DNA of 32,000 nucleotides from Candidatus Saccharimonadota bacterium (GTDB lineage Bacteria; Bacteroidota; Bacteroidia; Cytophagales; Amoebophilaceae): contig NZ_OZ239769.1 of assembly GCF_965196625.1 (NCBI RefSeq), positions 750,001-782,000 of the forward strand, read 5' to 3'. This document shows, one piece after another, positions 9,271 to 17,494 of the stretch. A program made the position numbers and the translations under genes. Every line of letters starts with the position of its first letter. Within the stretch, counting starts at the first letter, position 1. A model generated the notes under the pieces. It ran no database searches, was not told the DNA's origin, and saw nothing but the letters and a program-made list of their open reading frames with translations.

Positions 9271-9277
9271 GTCTGAA

Positions 9278-10468
9278 TTAAGCGCCTAGCTTATGGTTCA
9301 GTTGTTTGCTGCGCAATTGCCCACAAGCGGCGTCAATATCTGTACCGTGCTCTGCACGCACAACGGCATAGATCCCCTGTGCACGTAGCGTAGAAACAAA
9401 ACGATGAATGGTTTGAGGGGTACTGCGTTTGTAATGGTCTAATTCATCTACAGGGTTATAAGGAATCAGATTTACATAAACCAGATGGCGTTGCTTGCGT
9501 GCTAAAATTAAATTGGCTAGTTCAAAAGCGGATGATTCTGAGTCATTTACATCCTTTAGTAGAATGTATTCAAAGGTTACGCGTCTGTTTGTCTTATCCA
9601 AGTAGTAATCGATAGCTTCCATAAGTTTTTCTATGGGAATGGCTTTGTTGAGTTTCATGATGCGTGTGCGCAGCGGATTATTGGCTGCATGCAAAGAAAG
9701 CGCAAGGTTTACCTGTAGTCCCTCATCTGCAAAGGCTTTGATTTTGCGGTCTAGTCCACTGGTAGAAACGGTAATATGTCGCGCACCAATAGCGAGGCCT
9801 TTGGCATGATTCACAATGCGTATAAAGCGCAAAACATGGTCATAGTTATCGAATGGTTCTCCAATACCCATGACTACGATATGGCTAATTCTTTTTTGTT
9901 CAGGCGCTATATCTAATTTTTTTTGCATGTGGAGCAGTTGTTCGACTATTTCACCTGCTGTTAAATCTCTTTTCTTGGTTAAAAGACCACTGGCACAAAA
10001 GGTACAACCAATGTTACAACCTACTTGTGTGGTCACACAAATGGATAGACCATAGCTGTGTTCCATTAAAACCGTTTCAATTAAATTGCCATCTGTCAGT
10101 TTCAGCAAACATTTAATGGTGCCATCTTTTGCATATTGAACTTTATCTTCTGTCATAGAAACCAGTGAAAAGTGGTTATCCAAAAGCGATCGGGTGGTTA
10201 AACTTAAGTCACTCATTTCACTAAAGCTACTTACACGTTTTTGGTAGAGCCATTTCCAGATTTGGGCACAACGAAAGGGTTTTTCGCCTTGTTCTTCTAA
10301 CCAAAGCATCAACTCTTTGTCCGTTAAATTATAGATAGACCTCTTTCGAAGTTCAATTTCTGATGGCGATTTTGGTGTTGAAGCGTTCGAAAGAGGTTGA
10401 CTAGATGGTTTTGGTAAACAGCAGTGGTTTGACATAGGATAATGTGTGTTGTTCCATGAATGTAGCAA
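9278..10468 (-). CDS. rlmN: 23S rRNA/tRNA (adenine-C2)-methyltransferase RlmN, radical SAM (likely true start ATG at 10435)
   Basis: Radical-SAM [11 protein letters not shown] (CxxxCxxC), [11 protein letters not shown] near the N-terminus, a C-terminal [11 protein letters not shown] motif, and a Ser/Pro-rich N-terminal extension. Confidence 0.9.
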   Translation of the reverse strand: MLHSWNNTHYPMSNHCCLPKPSSQPLSNASTPKSPSEIELRKRSIYNLTDKELMLWLEEQGEKPFRCAQIWKWLYQKRVSSFSEMSDLSLTTRSLLDNHFSLVSMTEDKVQYAKDGTIKCLLKLTDGNLIETVLMEHSYGLSICVTTQVGCNIGCTFCASGLLTKKRDLTAGEIVEQLLHMQKKLDIAPEQKRISHIVVMGIGEPFDNYDHVLRFIRIVNHAKGLAIGARHITVSTSGLDRKIKAFADEGLQVNLALSLHAANNPLRTRIMKLNKAIPIEKLMEAIDYYLDKTNRRVTFEYILLKDVNDSESSAFELANLILARKQRHLVYVNLIPYNPVDELDHYKRSTPQTIHRFVSTLRAQGIYAVVRAEHGTDIDAACGQLRSKQLNHKLGA

Positions 10469-10724
10469 AGCTACTAAAAATATATCATGCGGTTGATCTA
10501 CTTTTCAAAAAACTTAGGTAAATGATGCTTGGCTATGTAAAGTATAATTTTTTTTTTAAATTATTAAGCTATAAAACAAACTGGTTGATTTAAGTTTGTT
10601 AAACTTGTAGCAAGTTGCTTTGTGGAATGCTTGCTTTGAAATGGTTAAGTTAGTCCATACAAAGGATGTTGATTCAGTTGTTTTTGAGCTACCATAATAA
10701 CTAAACCTATCTACTTAAGAAATT

Positions 10725-10874
10725 ATGGAAAATAAAAAAGTTTTTCTATTGTGGTTGTTATCATTCGGTGCATGCAATACTGTAGCTAAGCAATATCGGT
10801 TTAGAAGATGTGCATGCTGTTGTTACTGCTACTCGTGCTGCTGCTCGTGTGGTTGCTGCTCGTGTGGTTGTTAA
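10725..10874 (+). CDS. Candidate 49-aa lipoprotein-signal peptide followed by a Cys-rich tail. This may instead be the 5' part of a frameshifted gene.
   Basis: ATG at 10725 gives MENKKVFLLWLLSFGAC (n-region, h-region, small residues then Cys), then NTVAKQYRFRRCACCCYCYSCCCSCGCCSCGC and a stop at 10872-10874. The Cys run coincides with TGC-phase reading of a GCT-periodic block. Confidence 0.3.
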   Translation: MENKKVFLLWLLSFGACNTVAKQYRFRRCACCCYCYSCCCSCGCCSCGC

Positions 10875-10998
10875 TGTTGCTGTGCCTACTCTTCATAGTT
10901 GTGCTAAGGGTGTGGTGGGTGCTGCTACTGCTATTGGTGGTTTTGCTAATCGGGTTGCTTCTGCTGCTGCTGAGGTTGCCCGTGCTACTGACCGTTGA
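10810..10998 (+). CDS. Candidate 62-aa Ala/Val/Gly-rich low-complexity protein (GTG start), or the body of a frameshifted small lipoprotein
   Basis: By hand count about 51 of 62 codons end in T and none in A (GCT, GTT, CGT, GGT, ACT), the periodicity expected of the real frame. It contains the glycine-zipper-like GVVGAATAIGG. There is no ATG, and the frame is closed upstream by TAG at 10783-10785. Confidence 0.35.
   Translation: MHAVVTATRAAARVVAARVVVNVAVPTLHSCAKGVVGAATAIGGFANRVASAAAEVARATDR
10840..10869 (+). repeat. Perfect 15-bp tandem duplication (gctgctcgtgtggtt x2)
   Basis: Read directly: 10840-10854 is identical to 10855-10869, which encodes AARVV AARVV in the GCT frame. Confidence 0.9.
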
Positions 10999-11249
10999 GG
11001 TTTTTATTTTGCAGTATTATTCAACTGTATGGCAAGGTTACACCGAAAAAAGGAAAAGCACGCCTTGGAAAAAGTTGCACGTGTCCCCGGTTAGTAGTCT
11101 GCCTATAAAAAAAAGTGTGGCGCACAGCGTCTCAGTTCGACATCTTTTTTTCAGGTAGATTAAAGTGTGAGCTGAGATGAGCCAGCAAACTGATACAGCT
11201 TAGATGAACACTTCCAACGCTTCGAGGAAGATAGTTATGATAAACAAGC

Positions 11250-12050
11250 CTATACAAGCTTCTGGATACGAGAACGAGATAAACCAGTAAGAAGAACAAT
11301 ATCCTCTATGGCGTAGCCATTCAAAAGCATGGATTTGGCAATTCCTAACTTACCTTCTTCTGTGCCTTCTAATTTACTTTTTCCTGTCCTATTTTGATAT
11401 CTTCTTCCCTATATTTTTGTGCTATAGTTCTCATCATATCTTCCTTATTTTCTTTATCAAGGATAATACAAGACTTAAAGTTTTCTAAAAATTTCTCCCA
11501 TAGCTTAAGCATATCACGGAAGTGAACATGCTTCATAAAATATTCGAGCATGACTAGATGCGCCTTATTTTTGATCTCATCATCTGGCATAGCATATAGG
11601 TCTACCAATTGATAATCACCCCCCATTAGCTCTTTAGCAAGACTAGGTTCACTAAACAACTCCCATAAATTTCTTGGGACACTAAAGGGTTTATTACCAT
11701 GGTATACGACCAGCGGAATTACTAAGGGTAATTTGGACACATGATCTGTTTTATGCCTTTCAAGTAAGAGAAACATATATTTCCATAACTTAAACGCTGT
11801 CCAATACTTAGGGCTAACCTCTGCCTCTATTAACGTGTAAATGAATGCTTTTTTATTGTTTTTCATCTTTATAGAAAAACCAAATCACTAAGTTTTCTTC
11901 TACAAATCATTCTTTTTCAACTTTAAGCGTGTTCAGATCCAATAATGATTTACAAGACTCTGGTAAATAATGGGTTAAAAACTCCTTAGCAGCTATTGGA
12001 TCGGAAAGAATTTTTTTAGCGAGCCTATCATGCTTTACTCTTTCTGTCAT
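11250..12050 (-). pseudogene. Rpn/YhgA-family (PD-(D/E)XK, transposase_31-like) recombination-promoting nuclease, multiply frameshifted
   Basis: Three family-typical pieces lie in different frames. The N-terminus is MTERVKHDRLAKKILSDPIAAKEFLTHYLPES...TLKVEKE* (from ATG at 12050). The core is ORF 11369-11866 with KLPLVIPLVVYHGNKPF. The C-terminal tail is EGTEEGKLGIAKSMLLNGYAIEDIVLLTGLSRSRIQKLV* (stop 11250-11252). Confidence 0.75.
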
Positions 12051-12186
12051 AAAGGTAGCTTTTTAATAAGCATTAAATAGTTGGAAAGGAATAATTACTT
12101 AAATGTATTTGTAGGTACAAATATAAAATACTAGTTCTTTTAAGTTACAAAAAAGTATTTTACTTTAATTTATATGAGAGATATTT

Positions 12187-12597
12187 CTATTTTTTTGTCA
12201 TAATACCCTTTTCTTTATTTGTATTTTTGCAAACCTCCAGTGCCTGTTTAGCGGCTTTCTTTAACGCTATTCCTATCTCTTTTCCTAAGTATGTATTGGC
12301 TATTTGCACATCTATAGCTAATGTTTCTTGCGCCATATGTTGAACCTCTGTTAGATGGATATAGCCTGCTGCATGACGTAGGTCATAAATCCGTTCAGCC
12401 AGTTTTATAAATAGAACAGAAAGCTGTACGTGATCTTCTTTAATTGCTTCCTTTAATCTATTTTTTACATAAAGTAAAGAAGCATGATCTAAGTCTTGGC
12501 GTTTATCTATACCTACCACATTTAACACAAAGGCATAAACACCTAAATTATAATGTTTCTTGATATAAGAAAGCGGCAAACAAGTACGACGAACCAA
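12187..12597 (-). CDS. C-terminal fragment: degenerate SpoT/RelA-type HD (hydrolase-like) domain, frameshifted from the upstream ORF
   Basis: VQLSVLFIKLAERIYDLRHAAGYIHLTEVQHMAQETLAIDVQIANTYLG parallels RVILIKLADRLHNMRTL...ETLEIYAPLAHRLG of SpoT/RelA hydrolase domains. The same frame upstream reads FYASLLYELVRRT where LLHDVVEDT is expected. Confidence 0.6.
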   Translation of the reverse strand: MVRRTCLPLSYIKKHYNLGVYAFVLNVVGIDKRQDLDHASLLYVKNRLKEAIKEDHVQLSVLFIKLAERIYDLRHAAGYIHLTEVQHMAQETLAIDVQIANTYLGKEIGIALKKAAKQALEVCKNTNKEKGIMTKK

Positions 12598-12598
12598 C

Positions 12599-14164
12599 TC
12601 ATAAAGTAAAGAAGCATAAAATCACTTTAGGAGAGTGAACAACCCATTCTACCACTAATGCAGCAATCCCTACAGATCGAACATAAAACAACTGTCCAGA
12701 GTCATGCCGTTTAAAGCCAAAATGTTTCCGCAATAATAAAATCAAGCCAGAAATTATTTTCATATCAATAGGATCCTCTTGAAGAGAGGATTTGCAAACA
12801 CAGTCATGGAATTGCATCAATACCATCATCGAATCGGCTTGTTCTTTAGGTGTGACAGGCGCTCCTGTGGTTAAAGTATCTATAGGCAATTTAGTAGTCA
12901 TCCTACTAAGGATATCCGTAACCTTGTTTGGCAATACCAATAACATAGCTTTTTTGCTAGCATCATCAGGAGCTTCTAAATATCCATAGTGTGCCCCAAT
13001 AATAGTGGACATAGTTTGCATCTGAAGATCTATTGATGGGAGAGCTTCCCGTTTACCTTTAGTTTCCATATAATCCATGAGATCATCATATTGCTTCTTC
13101 ACTTTAGGTAACACTTTCGCATCAACAGTAGTATGGCTGATAACCAGAGCAGTAGCTTTAAAATCCATAAAGGTAGGGTAGCTGTTATCGATAGGATCTA
13201 CTTGTATAAAGTGCAAAGTAGTAGGATGCAGTTGTATACGAATAACTGGTGAAATATCGTTCTCTATTTTAGCAATCCTTAAAACAGATTGAACCAATAA
13301 ATAAACTAATTGGTTGATATCGCCTATAATAGATAGGCTTTTATCAGCATCGTTTATTGTTTCTAACAGGATCCTAGGTGGATCAATAATCTCTTGGAAT
13401 AATGCCACTTCCACTTTACGAATCAGTTTATCGAAAGTAATTTGAGTAGGCTGTAACAGCGCATGATCTTTATATTTTTCTCTCCTATTGAAATAGGCTA
13501 TCCAATCATAAAACTTATTGATAATACTTTGTAAATCTTGCTTATAAATAGGAGTATTATTATCTAAGAATGAGATAGATTCCTCAATCTTACCAACTAC
13601 TTGGTTTAAAATAAGCCCATAACCCCTAGGGCTAGAGGAAGTAGTACCATTAGATGGAACCAGCGATGCATCATATAGGCATGCTTTTAACTTTTGTCCC
13701 TCCTTAAACTCTTCTTTACCATTCAAGTAACTTACTTTATCATAATAACTATTTACCTTAAGCCTAAGGTAAACAAAAATGCCAAAAACAAGTAATCCTA
13801 AGCCTAAACAAATCAATAATAGAAATGCAATAGTTGATGACGATAGAACCAGAACGAATGGATTTGTACAATAGACTGAACTAAGAAATATAGCGATTAA
13901 TAGAGTAGCTATTAAAAAACTTACACCCAGATATAAGGGTAGGGCCAACAAGGTTACCGATAAATGAGTTAGAGATAATCCTAAGGTTAAAAAAAGATTA
14001 GTGCCATGCCACCAGTGCCAAAGTACATTGATAGGAAGGCAAAAAGCCAGACCTATTGTAAAAAATAGCCCCATCATCCAACCTGGAATATGTTGTATCT
14101 TGTCTGATATAAATGTGCTATGTCCTAAAAAAAAGCACCTAACAAAGTTTGGCATATAAGCCAA
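12599..14164 (-). CDS. Middle fragment: extra TM helices, a degenerate histidine-kinase ATPase-like domain, and the start of the HD-like domain
   Basis: 4-5 hydrophobic helices at the N-terminus. IIGDINQLVYLLVQSVLRIAK resembles the N-box region, and STIIGAHYGYLEAPDDASKKAMLLVLP resembles the HGG...LP end of HATPase_c. HFGFKRHDSGQLFYVRSVGIAALVVEW resembles H.GQ.R.SGEPY..HP..VA of SpoT. TTG start, and the ORF overlaps the upstream ORF by 40 nt. Confidence 0.6.
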   Translation of the reverse strand: MAYMPNFVRCFFLGHSTFISDKIQHIPGWMMGLFFTIGLAFCLPINVLWHWWHGTNLFLTLGLSLTHLSVTLLALPLYLGVSFLIATLLIAIFLSSVYCTNPFVLVLSSSTIAFLLLICLGLGLLVFGIFVYLRLKVNSYYDKVSYLNGKEEFKEGQKLKACLYDASLVPSNGTTSSSPRGYGLILNQVVGKIEESISFLDNNTPIYKQDLQSIINKFYDWIAYFNRREKYKDHALLQPTQITFDKLIRKVEVALFQEIIDPPRILLETINDADKSLSIIGDINQLVYLLVQSVLRIAKIENDISPVIRIQLHPTTLHFIQVDPIDNSYPTFMDFKATALVISHTTVDAKVLPKVKKQYDDLMDYMETKGKREALPSIDLQMQTMSTIIGAHYGYLEAPDDASKKAMLLVLPNKVTDILSRMTTKLPIDTLTTGAPVTPKEQADSMMVLMQFHDCVCKSSLQEDPIDMKIISGLILLLRKHFGFKRHDSGQLFYVRSVGIAALVVEWVVHSPKVILCFFTL

Positions 14165-15792
14165 TAACTATGACCTGAAATAGAGGCTATAAAGTAAGTC
14201 AATAAATTACTGATGACAGTATAGAATCCAATAAATGTTAGTGTATAATGATTGGGTTGAAGCTTAGCTAAAGTATTTTTTTTATCCGTCCAAAAATTTT
14301 TAATCCTTTCTTTTCGTTCTGCCTTCCTACGGGCATTTTCTTGTTGAATTTGTTTCAGCGTATCATCTGTACCCACCCAACCTGCACTTTCTGGCTGTTT
14401 TAGGAAATAGTGAGCGACCATCATAGCTAATCCATTGGCCAACATAGAAATGAAAGAACCATCTATTCCTGTTCCAGGCTCAACACACTTATTCCAAGCT
14501 AAAATCGTTAATACACCTGTAGCCATACCGATCAAAGCGGTACGAGAGGTGCCGCGAAAACCAAAAACCGATAGTAGAAAGGGGGCCGTTATTATAGGTA
14601 TAGAAAAACCTAATCCTAATTTTAGTAAATCCAATAAATTTCTACAATAAAAAGCTAAAACCATAGCGAATATCCCTATCGCTATGGAAGTTATCCTAAC
14701 AAGTCGAATCTGATAAGGATGAAACATTACTTTTAGAAATTTTACACTTTCCAGTATATCATGGCTAACTATAACGGAACAAGAGTTCAATGCAGAATCA
14801 GGTGTGGACATAGCCATGGCCAATAAACTGATTGTAACAAAACCCTGAAAAATAGGTGGAATATGCTCCATAACATAACCCCAAACGCCTATCATAGGTA
14901 AGTTTGGCGCCCATACAAAAACAAATAAGCCAATAAGGATGATAAGATTGTCTATAAACAAGCAAGCAATACCAGAATAGAAAAAAACCTTTTTTGCTTG
15001 AATAGGACCAGAAGACATGTAAATCCTTTGTATAGTTGTAGGTTTTATGAAATTCAATAAATAAGATAAAAGCAATGCAACCATACCAACTAGATTAGTA
15101 TCAAAACGAAAAACAGTCGAAAACTGAAATTTTTCTTGAGTTTGTAAAAAGGAAATAACTTCTGGAAATGGATTTCCTGCATTTATAAAAATAAACCAAG
15201 TAAGAAGAGGAATAATAATAGAAAAGGTCAAAAACTGGAATACATCTGTCAAAGTGACTGCACGAATACCTCCAAATGTAGAATATAAAATAAGGATTAA
15301 GGTGGCAAGAATAGTAATAACGCGATAATTAATTAAATCTACACACATTCCAATTACGAGTGACATTACATTAATTTGCAGCGCAATAGTAGCAATAGAA
15401 GCACAAATTCCAGATAAAGCTGTAATAATCCTTGCATACCTACCATATACACTACCTAGCGTTTCTGCCATAGAAAGATGCTTCATAAACGGACCCATAC
15501 GTAATGCTAAAGGACTAATGACCCAAATGTTGAAGCTACCTATAAATGCAATGATTACCCAGTAGAGCCCACCACTATGAATTTCCTCTACAACATATAC
15601 CAACGCTCCTCCACCATATGCGGTAGCTAATAAGGTAGCTACCAGGGTAGCTGTAGAAAAAGTTTTATTTCCTATTGCATATTCTCGAATGGTGGTTGAC
15701 TTATTATTATAACTATAGTAGATGCCAGTGGCTAAGGTAAGTAGCAAAAAGATTACTACCATAATAAAAGGAAGATTAGACATAAGGGACAT
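14125..15792 (-). CDS. N-terminal fragment: sodium:solute symporter (SSF/SLC5)-type membrane domain
   Basis: About 13 TM segments. REYAIGNKTFSTATLVATLLATAYGGG and GGIRAVTLTDVFQF are typical of SSF. It is a clear paralogue of ORF 26504-27925 and stops within an A8/T8 run at 14127-14134. Confidence 0.8.
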   Translation of the reverse strand: MSLMSNLPFIMVVIFLLLTLATGIYYSYNNKSTTIREYAIGNKTFSTATLVATLLATAYGGGALVYVVEEIHSGGLYWVIIAFIGSFNIWVISPLALRMGPFMKHLSMAETLGSVYGRYARIITALSGICASIATIALQINVMSLVIGMCVDLINYRVITILATLILILYSTFGGIRAVTLTDVFQFLTFSIIIPLLTWFIFINAGNPFPEVISFLQTQEKFQFSTVFRFDTNLVGMVALLLSYLLNFIKPTTIQRIYMSSGPIQAKKVFFYSGIACLFIDNLIILIGLFVFVWAPNLPMIGVWGYVMEHIPPIFQGFVTISLLAMAMSTPDSALNSCSVIVSHDILESVKFLKVMFHPYQIRLVRITSIAIGIFAMVLAFYCRNLLDLLKLGLGFSIPIITAPFLLSVFGFRGTSRTALIGMATGVLTILAWNKCVEPGTGIDGSFISMLANGLAMMVAHYFLKQPESAGWVGTDDTLKQIQQENARRKAERKERIKNFWTDKKNTLAKLQPNHYTLTFIGFYTVISNLLTYFIASISGHSYWLICQTLLGAFF

Positions 15793-16046
15793 AAGATTTG
15801 AATATACGTTTTCTGTATCTGGATCAGATGTGGAATATCCATTTGTATTTATTAAGGAGCCAATTCACACCTCATCATAATATAGTGAACAATAATAAAA
15901 AAATATTAATGAAGTTCATTGACCAGTTTAGAGCAGAACACCTGCCATTTAACTTAAGAATAAAATAAGTAGACATGATACGTATGTTTGTATTTCAGTA
16001 CTTTTAATAGAAAATAAGGATATAATATTACGTATACATCCGTTAT

Positions 16047-16162
16047 TTAGCCAGTTATTTTACATGCTTGTGGAATAATTTTAGAAGACTTCCGTAGAAC
16101 GGATTTTGCCAAAATGGAACCAAGATAAGCGTGATACATTAAACCACGGGATCCTAATCCTG
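16047..16162 (-). pseudogene. 3' fragment (35 codons plus stop) of the FAD oxidoreductase gene, displaced by the IS insertion
   Basis: Reading leftwards from the IS boundary gives GSRGLMYHAYLGSILAKSVLRKSSKIIPQACKITG*. This is in frame with ...WCFTGL on the other side of the IS once one 8-bp duplication copy is removed. Confidence 0.8.
16155..16162. repeat. Target-site duplication TAATCCTG (left copy)
   Basis: Identical 8-mer directly abutting both IS ends (16155-16162 and 17495-17502). Confidence 0.9.
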
Positions 16163-17494
16163 GAGCCTGTAAATTATTTTGTGTAAGTGCCGTTTTTTAG
16201 GAGAATCTTCCCTCAAATTCGATAGCGAATCGATTCAGAGCCGCTCTCCAATCATGTAAAGACATAGTCCACTTTTGTGATGCCTTCTGTATGGCTAAAT
16301 ATACTACTTTTAATGCAGATTGGTCATTAGGAAAAATTTTACGGTTATTGATAGATTTTCTAATAACGCTATTGAGTGATTCAATGGCATTGGTCGTATA
16401 AATAATTTTTCGTATTTCATCAGGATAGTCAAAAATAGTTATAATGTTGCTCCAATTTTTATGCCATGAACGACTAATAGCTGGATATTTTTTATCCCAT
16501 TTTTCACTAAAAATAAGAAGTGCTTCTTCCGCTTGCTCAAGAGAAATAGCGCGATAAATAACTTTAAGATCCGATGCGACGGACTTCATGTCCTTATAGG
16601 GTACATAACGTAACGAATTACGAATAAGATGAACAATGCATAACTGAATTTTGGTTTTTGGAAATACTGTATTAATAGCATCTGGAAATCCGGTTAATCC
16701 ATCAACACAAGCAATAAAAATATCCTTAATGCCACGATTATTTAACTCAGTTAATACTGAGAGCCAAAATTTTGCACCTTCGGTTTCTGCTATCCACAAA
16801 CCAAGTAATTCTTTTTGCCCTTGACAATTAATGGCTAATGCCAAATAAATTGATTTGTTGATTACGCGTTTATCTTGATGACACTTGATAACGATACAAT
16901 CTAAATACAATATGGGATATACTGTTTCTAATGGACGATTCTGCCAAACAGTAATCTCCTCAATAACAGATTCAGTTACTTTCGAAATTAAACTGTGTGA
17001 TACCTCTGTACCATACAGCTCTTTGAATGTATCTGAAATATCTCTGGTAGTCATCCCTCTAGCATAAAGAGCCAAAATTTGTTCATCAAATTCAGTGAAG
17101 CGAGTTTGCCCTTTGCGAATGATTTGAGGATCGAACGTGCTGTTTCGGTCACGTGGCGTATTAATTTCCATTTCGCCAAAATCACCCTTTAATCGCTTAG
17201 GAGAGTAACCATTACGGCTATTTCCCGTGTTCCTGCCTTCTATAGCATGCTTTTCATAGCCAAGATGATCCTCTAATTCTGCATCCATAGCACGTTCTAC
17301 CGTGATTTTTAATAGTTGCTTGCTGAGAATAGCTAAATCTTTTTCACTCTTAATAGACTTCGACAATTCATTTAGTAGATTTGGATCTATATTTATTTGT
17401 TGTTGTTCCATTGCTTATGACTCATTTATAACTAACGATTTAATCCGTTAGATTAGTTAATAATAAGCATTTACACAATTTTATTTACAAACTC
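16163..17494 (-). mobile_element. IS256-family insertion sequence, 1,332 bp, apparently intact
   Basis: Imperfect terminal inverted repeats match at about 22 of 28 positions: gagcctgtaaattattttgtgtaagtgc against the reverse complement of the right end, gagtttgtaaataaaattgtgtaaatgc. It carries a single Mutator-type transposase ORF and is flanked by an 8-bp direct duplication. Confidence 0.9.
16197..17411 (-). CDS. IS256-family (Mutator-type) DDE transposase
   Basis: 404 aa. Signatures LKITVERAMDAELEDHLGY, RNGYSPKRL, YLDCIVIKC, LGLWI, IACVDGLTGFPDAI, QLCIVHLIRNS and TTNAIESLN are typical of IS256 transposases. Confidence 0.92.
   Translation of the reverse strand: MEQQQINIDPNLLNELSKSIKSEKDLAILSKQLLKITVERAMDAELEDHLGYEKHAIEGRNTGNSRNGYSPKRLKGDFGEMEINTPRDRNSTFDPQIIRKGQTRFTEFDEQILALYARGMTTRDISDTFKELYGTEVSHSLISKVTESVIEEITVWQNRPLETVYPILYLDCIVIKCHQDKRVINKSIYLALAINCQGQKELLGLWIAETEGAKFWLSVLTELNNRGIKDIFIACVDGLTGFPDAINTVFPKTKIQLCIVHLIRNSLRYVPYKDMKSVASDLKVIYRAISLEQAEEALLIFSEKWDKKYPAISRSWHKNWSNIITIFDYPDEIRKIIYTTNAIESLNSVIRKSINNRKIFPNDQSALKVVYLAIQKASQKWTMSLHDWRAALNRFAIEFEGRFS

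Noticed and set aside
10808-11158. 116-aa poly-Leu ORF (MCMLLLLLLVLLLVWLLL...) overlapping the GCT-periodic block
   Set aside because: It is the CTG/TTG-phase reading of the same triplet repeat. It lacks the third-position T periodicity seen in the Ala/Val frame, and its tail beyond 11000 has no recognisable features, so it is most likely a frame artefact.
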